This document shows positions 55,074 to 64,000 of a stretch of 64,000 nt of DNA, one piece after another. Below the pieces are notes generated by a model that made no database searches, was not told the origin of the DNA, and saw only the letters and a program-made list of their open reading frames with translations. The position numbers were made by a program, and so were the translations under genes. The first letter of the stretch is position 1, and every line of letters begins with the position of its first letter. The DNA is taken from sequence record NC_061449.1; one strand, given 5' to 3'.

Positions 55074-56030
55074 TTATACCTCTGTAGACAGGCGAAGCTG
55101 GGCGACAGAAGCGAACTCACCTGGGCCCAGAGCGGTGGACAACAACTCGATAGGCTTGCCGCTACCGATAGCACCGACTTCACATGCGAAGTAAGTAGGG
55201 ATATAGCTGCCGTTGGCAAGAGCACCATAGTTAGTGTCTTGAATAACCACAAGCGCTGTCCTGATTGTCTTGTACGCAGCATTGCGGCCAACATCGGATG
55301 CAGTCACAGGCAGCACACGACGAGAGCCTGACGTCTGGATGAACCGATAGCGCTTTGAAGCAGGAACAGCAGAGGCAATCATGTTACCTTCTTGGTTCGC
55401 ACCGAGAGTCCACGCAACAGCAGTCCCCACGACACCGGCAGCATCGATAGGAGCAATCGTACCGGCACATGCAGTAGACATATCACCAACATCAGACAGC
55501 ACTGCATCAATTGTCACTGTGTAGTCATACGTCAGGTCAACTGTGGACAAATGTATGCCCGGCATCAATGCGTCGTGAGGAATACCTGCGTAGTCCCAAG
55601 GTCGATAGCCAGCAGGACCAACGCCCCACAGAGCTTTATTGCCCGCGTCGTTGCTGGTGGCATACGCTGTTTGAATCTGAACAGAAGCAGCACCGCTATA
55701 CCCTACCGGACGAGCCTTAGACGGATAGTGAACAGTCACACCGTTCTTGATTTCGTACACATGACCGGAACGTGCTTTCCAACCTTCCTGTTGGTCCATC
55801 AGAGGCAATAGACCTTCTGTGGTAGGACGCAGCACAAGACGAGTAGCAGCAACAGCGTTATCAAACAGGTTGCGCATATCGAGCAGGTGCTGAGAGAAAT
55901 TACCCTGATCAGCCATCTCTGTGTCAAAGAAGAACACGTTGACACCGTGACCATTAGCCGCATTTGATGCCCAGCCTGAGCCAAGCGACAGCACACTGAA
56001 GGGCAGTAAGTTGTGTCCTAAGATGCGCAT
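55074..56030 (-). CDS. virion structural/fibre paralog (long type)
   Basis: VDLTYDYTV…SKRYRF…CEVGAIGSG. Confidence 0.6.
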   Translation of the reverse strand: MRILGHNLLPFSVLSLGSGWASNAANGHGVNVFFFDTEMADQGNFSQHLLDMRNLFDNAVAATRLVLRPTTEGLLPLMDQQEGWKARSGHVYEIKNGVTVHYPSKARPVGYSGAASVQIQTAYATSNDAGNKALWGVGPAGYRPWDYAGIPHDALMPGIHLSTVDLTYDYTVTIDAVLSDVGDMSTACAGTIAPIDAAGVVGTAVAWTLGANQEGNMIASAVPASKRYRFIQTSGSRRVLPVTASDVGRNAAYKTIRTALVVIQDTNYGALANGSYIPTYFACEVGAIGSGKPIELLSTALGPGEFASVAQLRLSTEV

Positions 56031-56527
56031 TAGAACTCCTTAGAATCTTTGACAACGGTAGCGAGGAACTTACCGTTACGCAGGTTGGATGCAGACAGAA
56101 TTAAGTCTGCACCTGAGCCAGCAGCACCGATAGTCAGAATCAAGAAGCCTCCGTACGGCGTGCTTGAGATATCTTTGTTGAAGACAATCACGTTGTACTT
56201 GCTCAACAAATCGCTGATACTACCAGCGAATGTACCTTGCAGCGTAGCGCTCAAACGGAACTTATACTTGTTGTCCTGACCGTGAATCCAACGCACAGGG
56301 TTAACAGTAACAGAAGTCAGGTCAAGCACCGCAGTAGCACCGATTGCAGCCTGCACTGTAGTGCCGTCGGCAACAACAATGTTTGCAGGGTCAGGTACTT
56401 TAGCGAGGCAGATCGTCTTCTGCATATTCGATAGGCCATACTTCAACGGCGGATCAGAGGCAGGACGTTTGCCCGCATCTGGAATCACAATGCCGTTGGC
56501 GACCAAAGGGAATGAAACTATTTCCAT
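56030..56527 (-). CDS. virion structural paralog (short type)
   Basis: C-terminal IGAAGSGADLIL. Confidence 0.6.
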   Translation of the reverse strand: MEIVSFPLVANGIVIPDAGKRPASDPPLKYGLSNMQKTICLAKVPDPANIVVADGTTVQAAIGATAVLDLTSVTVNPVRWIHGQDNKYKFRLSATLQGTFAGSISDLLSKYNVIVFNKDISSTPYGGFLILTIGAAGSGADLILSASNLRNGKFLATVVKDSKEF

Positions 56528-56594
56528 TGTATATCTCCAGTTGACTCGCTTTAAATTACTGACAAGTTGAATCTTATAGGAAGTAGAACTTGTC

Positions 56595-57647
56595 TTACAT
56601 CAAAAACCGACGCTCTACCACATGAGGGCTGTAGGTGTTCATTGAAGCAACAGGCACCTCGTTGGGATCTATATCGGATGCAACATCAAAATCAACACCC
56701 GACTTAGACACGACAACATACACAGGAGCTGTACGCTCGAATGCTATAGGCATCGCACCCCACTTAATTCCATAGCTAGGTGTGTCTTCGTGTGTACCTT
56801 GACCGAAATAAACAGCGTCAGCCTGTGCAGCAGAACTACCGATAGCTGCGCCAGAATATGACGTTGTATACGACCAGCCACCTCCAGAAAAGTAATACGA
56901 ACCGTACGTCGATGATGCGTAAGGCTGAAACAGTCTCGGGAATATCGTGTTAGCAAATGTTTGATGGTCGTAAGGCGTACCGGCATAAAGTGGATCTAAG
57001 GTCATGACGTTGGTTGTCACGGTTGCTGTATCAGCAGCAATATTCAACGAGGTGATGCCGATGTTTTGTAGGTATGAAGTTTCTGAACGTGACCATCTGC
57101 CTATACCACTGCCCCCTCCTCCATAGATAGTGCCGCCACTGCTCGACGTCATACCAGCAGACGTTGTAGGCACAGAGTACAGAGACTTGGTAAACGTAGA
57201 CCCGTCGAATGCAGGTAGAACCATATCATAATAGGCGGGCACTATTGGATTGATGCTGCCATATGAATCAAGCAGACTCCCTCTACCTTCTTGTGCGGTG
57301 CTGGCACCTGCATCTAACTTACCGATAGCATAATATCGACAGAACATGTCAATAGCGCTTACGGTAGGGCTGCCATAATTCTGAGAGAAGCCTGACTTGC
57401 GAATAGACGGTGCGTAGTTGTAGTAAAGGCGATTGCCTTTCCACCCTGCACCTCGAACACACTGCATCTTATTCTGCGCATTGACGAGAGCGCAAAAGGA
57501 ACGTGACTTGTTAATCGTGTCAATCATCTCAGGATAAGACGATTTGTCTGTAGGTGGTTCTACGTCATCAGAGAACAGGAACATACGGCGTCGAGCCATT
57601 TCGATCTTCTTCTCTAACAACTGAGCCCCGTTGGATATGAAAAGCAT
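56595..57647 (-). CDS. virion structural/fibre paralog
   Basis: N-terminus nearly collinear with 57658..58701 (RRRMFLFSDDVEPP…FCALVNA…CVRGAGWKGNRLYYNY). Confidence 0.65.
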   Translation of the reverse strand: MLFISNGAQLLEKKIEMARRRMFLFSDDVEPPTDKSSYPEMIDTINKSRSFCALVNAQNKMQCVRGAGWKGNRLYYNYAPSIRKSGFSQNYGSPTVSAIDMFCRYYAIGKLDAGASTAQEGRGSLLDSYGSINPIVPAYYDMVLPAFDGSTFTKSLYSVPTTSAGMTSSSGGTIYGGGGSGIGRWSRSETSYLQNIGITSLNIAADTATVTTNVMTLDPLYAGTPYDHQTFANTIFPRLFQPYASSTYGSYYFSGGGWSYTTSYSGAAIGSSAAQADAVYFGQGTHEDTPSYGIKWGAMPIAFERTAPVYVVVSKSGVDFDVASDIDPNEVPVASMNTYSPHVVERRFLM

Positions 57648-57657
57648 ACTCAGTACC

Positions 57658-58701
57658 TCACATTAAATATTTCCTACTCATTTCCAACTCAGGCAGTTGT
57701 TTCATCTGCATTACAGGTTTGGTTCCAGGCGTCGCTAAACCTGTCTGTTCAAAATCTTCTTCCGCCTTTAGAATGACTGCATACATAGGATCGTTAGGCG
57801 TTTGACCAACGATAGGCATCATACCCCACACCAGAGGGTAATTGGCCGTATTAGCTTTGTTGCCTATGCCATAGATAAGACTCGCATCATCTGTCGCAGA
57901 TCTTCTGTACGGACCATTACTATAGGTCGTACCCGAACCGATTACGCTATCACTGTAGGGGCTGCGTGTGACAGTATACACCTTAGTGAACATAGTCATC
58001 GTTCTTGGCCCCACAGTCTGAGGGGATGTATCATATATAGCCCCAGATTGGGTTGAAATGGTTCGCGTAATAGTGGCGCGATCTAACGCAGCATTCAGCT
58101 CTGTGACTTGGATATGTTCAGCAAGAGTCGTAGTAGTCTCCTCGTGTCTGCCTGTAACTATCCCCAAGCTGGTGGTTGTATTCCAGTTCCGGGTATAGGA
58201 TAATGATAGACTAGGATATGTGACCAGAGGCGTAGATAGAGCAGACAGGGCAGAGCCGTCACAAGGAGGCAGTATCATTACTTTCTCTAGAGGACTCGTT
58301 GGCCGCGAATCATCTACGTTCTCAAGTAGACTTGACAACACGGTTAACCAGGTTCCGCCTCGAAGACGTCCGATGCTATAGTATTTCCCAAATACATCGA
58401 ATATAGTCTGCGTAGACGTGGCGTTCGAAGTCTCTATCGAGTTCGTAGGAACACCCAACGATGGGACGTAGTTATAGTAAAGATAGTTGTTTCTCCATCC
58501 AGCAGAGCGCACACATGACATACTCAGATCTGCATTGACCTTAGCGCAGAAGCCTCGTGACGCATTGATTTTAGTCAACACATCAAACATCGCTGTATTG
58601 CTATGCGGAGGCTCCACGTTGTCTGCAAACAGAAACATTCTCTGCCGTGCGATACTCACTTTCTTTTTCAGCACAACTGGTGCCCCGGATACGAAAATCA
58701 T
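57658..58701 (-). CDS. virion structural/fibre paralog
   Basis: RQRMFLFADNVEPP…FCAKVNA…CVRSAGWRNNYLYYNY. Confidence 0.65.
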   Translation of the reverse strand: MIFVSGAPVVLKKKVSIARQRMFLFADNVEPPHSNTAMFDVLTKINASRGFCAKVNADLSMSCVRSAGWRNNYLYYNYVPSLGVPTNSIETSNATSTQTIFDVFGKYYSIGRLRGGTWLTVLSSLLENVDDSRPTSPLEKVMILPPCDGSALSALSTPLVTYPSLSLSYTRNWNTTTSLGIVTGRHEETTTTLAEHIQVTELNAALDRATITRTISTQSGAIYDTSPQTVGPRTMTMFTKVYTVTRSPYSDSVIGSGTTYSNGPYRRSATDDASLIYGIGNKANTANYPLVWGMMPIVGQTPNDPMYAVILKAEEDFEQTGLATPGTKPVMQMKQLPELEMSRKYLM

Positions 58702-58768
58702 CAGTCACTCCTTGAAAATGGCAGCACAAGGTAAAAAGGCCCGTACCGTTAAGATACAGGCCTATATG

Positions 58769-59350
58769 TTACACTAGCAGACGACCTGCGATAGTAATTG
58801 CAACGCCGTTCAGTGTAGTGTCCGCGGTGTCAGGCGCAATAACACGAAGCTGGTCACCTGCAACCAGAATGATCTCTTGGTCCTGATAGGGAGCGAGAGG
58901 TGCAAACACACCGGTCTTAGAGCCAGCACCGAAAGTGATCGTACCAAGCTGAATAACAGCCTGAGTATTCGTATCATACACGCTTACTTTGAATGCTGCG
59001 AGTGCAGTAGCTGCAACATCGGCAGTGGCCATAGAGCCGGCAAAGTTTTTAATGATTGCGGTTGTGCGCACAGACAGGTAGCGAGCTATCTCCTGACCGC
59101 CAGCGTAGCGCTTGAGAACACTCATGCCTACGTCATAGGGATTTACAGACTGTAGTTGATTAACCCACTTGTTACGCACTTGAGAGTACGCATACAGACC
59201 AGGCTGATTAGAACCTGACACAGCAGTCAGATTCCACACACGACCATTGGAAGGGTTAGACGGAAAGGTAGGGCCAGATGAATTAGGGTCACCTGGTGCG
59301 CGGACGATCTGCGCTTGTTCGCCTGCGAGTTGAAGACCATACGTTAACAT
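58769..59350 (-). CDS. structural protein (tail/fibre associated)
   Basis: GPTFPSNPSNG N-terminal motif, beta-rich C-terminal domain. Confidence 0.6.
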   Translation of the reverse strand: MLTYGLQLAGEQAQIVRAPGDPNSSGPTFPSNPSNGRVWNLTAVSGSNQPGLYAYSQVRNKWVNQLQSVNPYDVGMSVLKRYAGGQEIARYLSVRTTAIIKNFAGSMATADVAATALAAFKVSVYDTNTQAVIQLGTITFGAGSKTGVFAPLAPYQDQEIILVAGDQLRVIAPDTADTTLNGVAITIAGRLLV

Positions 59351-59361
59351 TGTTTATCTCC

Positions 59362-59583
59362 TTAGGCGATTCGCACTTGACCCGTAACTGCATACGGGAA
59401 AATAACTTTGACAGTATTGTCATCGACGATAACCACATCGAGCGGAAGAACCTGATGAAGTCTCCCGTCAGGCTGCATCGTTGCTGTAGTAATCGCGACC
59501 ATACGCCCGAAGTTATGCGTAATCGTCCATTCAGAAGCGGCCTCTTCCTGTTTAAAGGTACGACCCATCGAATAGTTGATCAT
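59362..59583 (-). CDS. single 'THNxG' beta-repeat domain protein
   Basis: WTITHNFG…PLDVVIVDDNTVKVIF…GQV. Confidence 0.65.
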   Translation of the reverse strand: MINYSMGRTFKQEEAASEWTITHNFGRMVAITTATMQPDGRLHQVLPLDVVIVDDNTVKVIFPYAVTGQVRIA

Positions 59584-59594
59584 GCGAATCTCCC

Positions 59595-60191
59595 TTAGTA
59601 CAGAATAACAGTACCAGACTCAGGATTCTCGAAAGTAATCGTAAGCTGGTTAGTGCTATCATGCACGATAGATTTCGGCTGCACTTCTTTAGTGCCTTGA
59701 TAGACACGCACAGCAGGATTATAACCGAGGTTGTGAGTTACTACCCACGACGCTGCATCTTCGAAAGATGCAGTGAACGCAACGGTAGGTGCAGGCTGAC
59801 CGTTCTCAACACCAGACAGCAGCACAGCAGTACCGGCAACAGGCTCAGGCCACAGAATCACTGTAGTGTCAGCGTCCTGCGCATGAATAGATGACGGCAT
59901 GACAACATCACCGTTCTCGTCATAACACTGAACGATAGGCGTTGCGATGTTCATGTTGTGCTTCACTTCCCAGCGCGAAGACGCAGACGCTTGTGCGTAG
60001 CGGAACATCGTCATCTGCTGAGTCAGCGGCACCCACACAGGGAGGTCAAGCAACTCTACACAGAACATCAGGCGCTTGTCCATGAAGATAGCCATACCCG
60101 GCTGCGGGTTTTCAGGCCAATCTTGAACTTCTGCAAATTTGAAGTTCTTGATCGAACCAAACTCTAAATCGAGCGTCCCGAGGACTTTCAT
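59595..60191 (-). CDS. protein with two 'THNxG' beta-repeat domains
   Basis: WEVKHNMN…DADTTVILW and WVVTHNLG…STNQLTITF; start reassigned to ATG 60191. Confidence 0.65.
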   Translation of the reverse strand: MKVLGTLDLEFGSIKNFKFAEVQDWPENPQPGMAIFMDKRLMFCVELLDLPVWVPLTQQMTMFRYAQASASSRWEVKHNMNIATPIVQCYDENGDVVMPSSIHAQDADTTVILWPEPVAGTAVLLSGVENGQPAPTVAFTASFEDAASWVVTHNLGYNPAVRVYQGTKEVQPKSIVHDSTNQLTITFENPESGTVILY

Positions 60192-60210
60192 AAATCTTCT
60201 CCCGAAAGGT

Positions 60211-60240
60211 AAAAAGGGCAGGCAGATGCCCACCCTTTAT
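60211..60240 (-). terminator. intrinsic terminator
   Basis: Minus strand AAAGGGTGGGC-ATCT-GCCTGCCCTTTTT. Confidence 0.75.
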
Positions 60241-60257
60241 TAGGCTACTTAATCGAA

Positions 60258-61886
60258 TTACGCTTCTGGTTCAACGTAGGCGTTAGCACCAGTTACGAAT
60301 GCGATTGCGACTTTCTTCGCAGTAGTCAGCTCGACACGCAGGCTGTTAGCGTCGATGAACACGATTTCATCAGGGATGATCTGATAACCAGTGTCATCAA
60401 CAACGGTAACAGTACCGTACTTAACGCCAGCGTTGTGCGTGAAGGTGTGTGCAGTCGCAGCAGCATCACCAGCAGAAGTCTTGTTGTACTGGTACAGTTT
60501 TGCAGCAGAGCCGCCTGAGCCAGCAGCGATAGCGTCGTCAACGTACTTCTTGGTAGGAACGCTGGTATCAGTCAGCGGGTCAGTACCAGTCAGGGTCAGC
60601 GCTTTGACAGAACCACCGGTCGCGTCGATGAAGCCACCAGCAGTTTTAACAGCAGCAACATCAACGATGATTTTGCTGTTTTCTGTATCTTGTTTCAGAC
60701 CCGCGCCCAGGGCAGCGGCAGCAATCTGTGCGTAACCAACACCACCGTCAGCGATTGCCAGACCATCAACAGAACGTGCCAGAGTAGCGCCGTCGAGTTT
60801 AACGCGAGTGCTACCAGCGTTATCTTCCAGACCACCGGCAGCATCCAGCTTCGCAGTTACAGCGTTATCGGTAATCTGAACACCAGCACCAACTTTAACG
60901 TTAACAACGTTGCCGTCTTTTTCCAGACCGGCGCCAGCGTTGAACTCAGAAGCACCGCCAAAGGTAGTCCACTGAGTACCATCGAAGCGACGATACTCTT
61001 TGATCGCTTTAACCCAGGTCACAGCGCCGCCAGCTTCGCTGTCAGTCGGATCGAATACGATTACGAACTTGGTACCGTCGTAACGCACGATCATGTTGTC
61101 AACCAGATCGGTAATGCTACCGAAGTTCGGGTTGATCTGGTCAGCGGCCAGAATGATATACTGTTTGCCAGCTACCAGCTCTGGGTCGAGGGTGCCGTCC
61201 TGCTGGATAGCATCAGAGTCGTGCAGCCAGTCGATACCAGCGATAGCGTTTTCGATATCGATCTTACGAGCGGCATCGTTCGCGTTCACTGGAGCAGCCA
61301 GGTTAGCTACGGTGTTACCGTTAGCATCGAGGTCGCCAGTCAGTTGGCCGTTAGCAGCATTCAGCTTACCAGCAAGAGCAGTTTCGTTCGCGTTAGCTTT
61401 GTTGCTAACAGCAGTGATCTGAGACTGGACGTTTGAGCTTACACCAGACAGATAGCCCAGTTCAGCGGCAGTGACGTTGGAGGTTTGCAGTTCGCTGTCT
61501 GCTCCAGCGATCACAACACCGTTCTCAGTCAGGCCGGAGATTTTGTCTTGCTTGGTAGCAACAACGGTTTCAACGTGTTTCTTAGAAACAGCAGCGTTAT
61601 CACCAGAAGCAGACTGGTCTGGACCAGACAACAGCAGGTCCGCAGTCATCGGCACAGTACCGTCGGCAAGGATTACGCCTTCTACCGGACCGCTACCAGC
61701 ACCGAACTCTTTGATTTCAGTACCGTCGAAGTATTTGTACTTCTTATCGGTGCTGTTGTACCAGATACGGGCTTCTTGCGAAGCAACCAGATCACCTACA
61801 GCCGGGTCAGCAGCCAGAACTTCTGGACGGAAGTTCTTAATCTGGGCGCCGAGCATTAAATCAAGATTACCAGTACGCATTGTCAT
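60258..61886 (-). CDS. tail fibre / virion appendage protein
   Basis: DAVSKKHVE / DAARKIDIE / PTKKYVD fibre motifs, AGAGLEKDG / VGAGVQITD beta-spiral-like repeats, C-terminal THNAG domain. Confidence 0.75.
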   Translation of the reverse strand: MTMRTGNLDLMLGAQIKNFRPEVLAADPAVGDLVASQEARIWYNSTDKKYKYFDGTEIKEFGAGSGPVEGVILADGTVPMTADLLLSGPDQSASGDNAAVSKKHVETVVATKQDKISGLTENGVVIAGADSELQTSNVTAAELGYLSGVSSNVQSQITAVSNKANANETALAGKLNAANGQLTGDLDANGNTVANLAAPVNANDAARKIDIENAIAGIDWLHDSDAIQQDGTLDPELVAGKQYIILAADQINPNFGSITDLVDNMIVRYDGTKFVIVFDPTDSEAGGAVTWVKAIKEYRRFDGTQWTTFGGASEFNAGAGLEKDGNVVNVKVGAGVQITDNAVTAKLDAAGGLEDNAGSTRVKLDGATLARSVDGLAIADGGVGYAQIAAAALGAGLKQDTENSKIIVDVAAVKTAGGFIDATGGSVKALTLTGTDPLTDTSVPTKKYVDDAIAAGSGGSAAKLYQYNKTSAGDAAATAHTFTHNAGVKYGTVTVVDDTGYQIIPDEIVFIDANSLRVELTTAKKVAIAFVTGANAYVEPEA

Positions 61887-61904
61887 TCTCCTGAGTGCGT
61901 GGGA

Positions 61905-62648
61905 TTAGAAGTACAGGCTATCACAATCATCTAAGCTACAACGTAGCTTTTGATATGCGGCAACTCGTGCTTCTGTTAGATTGATATACTTATCATCAAT
62001 ATTGTACTTCACTCTGACAGGTACATCGTACCCATCAAGCAAGCCGTGACGTTGATATACTTCGAGGCGAAGTACCGGGGAACTGACCTGACAGCGTTCC
62101 ATGATGTTCAGGTCAATTTTATCTGCATAGATGAACGGTCGTTCGCGCTTACACATGATATAATCTATCTCGTGTAAATTAAAGAGTGTGAAGTTCATAT
62201 AGCCAATAATGAACTCAGCAATCAAACGGAACGATTCACTCATGTCCTGCCGAAACTGTTGTGTGAGAATCTGGTCAACATAGGGCCTGATAGCCATACG
62301 CATCTCATACCAACTCTCACAAAACAGCGCGGGGAAGTCTTCAGGGTGATGGGCCATGAGACCCAGCACACCATTTTCTGTATCTGCGAAAGAGCTTAAA
62401 ATGTCCGCAGCGTCAATGTCCGTTTCGACACCACAGCCTGTTGAAATAAATCGACGTTCAATCTCTCTCAACCAAGACTCTGATGCAGATAGGTATTGAA
62501 GTAGTGTTTCTCTGGCGGCAGCCGTGAACTCATGCCTGTTGGAATCTAAAACTTCTCCAAGCATGAAGGCTTTCGCTTTGTAGAAATCACAATAGCGTTC
62601 GGCAGTAAAGCGTCGAAACCCTATGTTATTCCTCAAATAGCCCATCAT
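61905..62648 (-). CDS. hypothetical protein
   Basis: 247-aa ORF. Confidence 0.6.
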   Translation of the reverse strand: MMGYLRNNIGFRRFTAERYCDFYKAKAFMLGEVLDSNRHEFTAAARETLLQYLSASESWLREIERRFISTGCGVETDIDAADILSSFADTENGVLGLMAHHPEDFPALFCESWYEMRMAIRPYVDQILTQQFRQDMSESFRLIAEFIIGYMNFTLFNLHEIDYIMCKRERPFIYADKIDLNIMERCQVSSPVLRLEVYQRHGLLDGYDVPVRVKYNIDDKYINLTEARVAAYQKLRCSLDDCDSLYF

Positions 62649-63163
62649 CGCAATGCCCTCAAATCATTCAACTCCGTATTGCCTTGAGCATTAGGGGTTG
62701 TATAAAGAGAACTGGATATGCTCTGCAAACGCAGACCGAGTTTCTCAAGTTCTTGCTGGTTTCCGCCCAACTTCTCAAGAACCTCTCGCATCAACTCGAC
62801 AGACCCTTGATGGTCGCGGGACTGTTGAGAGATGATTCGTTCGAAGCGCTGCATGGCACGAAGAACAGAGTTCAAGCCCTCTTTCATATCCAAATTATCA
62901 ACTGGCGCAGAATCAGAGATTGACTGTATCATCCGCATCATCTGTGCCAAGTCGGCTTGCAGCAATTCACCATCAGGGTTGATGGTCGATGCTGCTGCTT
63001 CCAGCTCTGCGTTCCGCTCTTTCAATTGCTCCAGTTCTTCAAGCTGAGGCAGTAGCTTCCACCAAACGTAGGCACCGCCCGCGATCAGTAGAACAACAGA
63101 GAAGACAGTCGCATAGTTGGACGCGAGCAACTTGTCTAAAATATCCGCCCACATTATATTCAA
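62645..63163 (-). CDS. membrane-anchored coiled-coil protein
   Basis: N-terminal TM followed by heptad-like helices. Confidence 0.6.
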   Translation of the reverse strand: MNIMWADILDKLLASNYATVFSVVLLIAGGAYVWWKLLPQLEELEQLKERNAELEAAASTINPDGELLQADLAQMMRMIQSISDSAPVDNLDMKEGLNSVLRAMQRFERIISQQSRDHQGSVELMREVLEKLGGNQQELEKLGLRLQSISSSLYTTPNAQGNTELNDLRALR

Positions 63164-63444
63164 CCCTTACAGGTGTTATCGTTCAGGTCAACGATGACCC
63201 GTTCGGCACCTGGTTCGTTTACGTCAGTGGTTTTGTACGTGTGCGCCATCCGAGGCTTGAACTCTAAGCAGCTTTGTCCGTAACGTCCATCGACAACACA
63301 AATGGCAGACAAGCAGCTAACATCTTCCTTGAGTATTAAATTTTCAGGAGACTGGTTAACACTCCTAACAGCAGTGATCACGAAACCAACCACAGCGAGA
63401 GCAATGACAACCACAATGGCAATCCTAATTCGCTTGGCTTGCAT
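63160..63444 (-). CDS. small membrane-anchored protein
   Basis: N-terminal TM, three Cys in the soluble part. Confidence 0.6.
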   Translation of the reverse strand: MQAKRIRIAIVVVIALAVVGFVITAVRSVNQSPENLILKEDVSCLSAICVVDGRYGQSCLEFKPRMAHTYKTTDVNEPGAERVIVDLNDNTCKG

Positions 63445-63509
63445 TTCGGGTTCTACCTCATGGGTCCTTTTATATGTCTGAAATTAGCGAACCACTTACG
63501 TATTGGAGG

Positions 63510-63998
63510 CTATTCCTCCAATACGCCGCTAATCTCCGAAAACATATTCTTGTACACTAAAGAACCATTCAGCTTGTCCAGTCTCTCAGGCAGAACGTAG
63601 AGGTGAGGCGATGTGCGCATGTTAGCCCACGTCTTCTCGTTACGATCCAGACCTCCAAGCATAGGTACGATAACCATACTCAGGTTCTTGTTTGCCTTGA
63701 CGAAACCAATGTCAATATGTTTCCTGTTTATGCTTCTGAACAACTTGTTGATTGCGTCCAAACCAACAGGTCGATTAAATTCCGTATCACTAACAGTATT
63801 GACAAGGCTGATAAGAAAACCTTTATCTTTGCTTTCAATGTCGAATAGGTCAGACTTTAAATCACCAACAGTGGACGCAGCGAAGTACGACACGTCATGC
63901 CCATAGTCTTTGAGACAAGCACCGAGCGCACGAGCTGATTCGATGTGCGCTACGTTGTCATCTCGTAGAATGTAAACAGGAGCATCAGCTTGGTACGT
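63510..63998 (-). CDS. hypothetical protein, 5'-truncated by the window edge
   Basis: The frame of track ORF 63510..63893 stays open to the window end (TYQADAPVYILRDDNVAHIESARALGACLKDYGHDV…). Confidence 0.6.
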   Translation of the reverse strand, partial: TYQADAPVYILRDDNVAHIESARALGACLKDYGHDVSYFAASTVGDLKSDLFDIESKDKGFLISLVNTVSDTEFNRPVGLDAINKLFRSINRKHIDIGFVKANKNLSMVIVPMLGGLDRNEKTWANMRTSPHLYVLPERLDKLNGSLVYKNMFSEISGVLEE

Positions 63999-64000
63999 GC

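Noticed and set aside
1-64000. Stop-codon reassignment or alternative genetic code
   Set aside because: Long, tightly packed ORFs read normally with the standard code; the only split gene is a frameshift, not an in-frame stop
1-64000. tRNA or rRNA genes
   Set aside because: No cloverleaf or T-arm GTTCRA consensus seen by eye in the short intergenic gaps; tRNAscan-SE would be needed to exclude them fully

Overview
This is a 64-kb segment of a large (jumbo-type) tailed dsDNA phage genome, standard genetic code, densely coding. I saw no rRNA, tRNA or CRISPR array. Gene content and the paralogous virion-protein array recall large 'hairy' myoviruses of Enterobacterales, but that placement is inference only. 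The + strand (1-45.8 kb) carries a DnaB-like helicase, an intein-containing terminase large subunit, a probable portal, a 5'-3' exonuclease, nucleotide-metabolism genes (dCMP deaminase, ThyA, MazG-like), Dam, and many small accessory genes (macrodomain, ASCH, DUF4326, HD hydrolase, Acb2/Tad1-like). The - strand (45.8-64 kb) carries a probable lysis module and a long array of paralogous structural/fibre proteins. The most striking signal is a candidate DNA hypermodification pathway. It comprises a CmoA-like carboxy-SAM synthase operon (CmoA, GT-B glycosyltransferase, DUF1611, alanine racemase, asparagine-synthetase-like amide ligase, possible degenerate MurI-fold protein) and, about 14 kb downstream, a ParB-like gene followed by an intein-split C5-cytosine methyltransferase. 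That enzyme's motif X carries Arg instead of the canonical Asn, the kind of change expected for a carboxymethyltransferase. Other notable items: an unannotated 54-aa ORF that copies the redox-active C-terminal tail of class Ia ribonucleotide reductase (…DGCESGACKI), a recurrent CTGTAAATA promoter-like motif, and a frameshifted TOPRIM gene. All family calls come from motif recognition by eye; no database searches were run.
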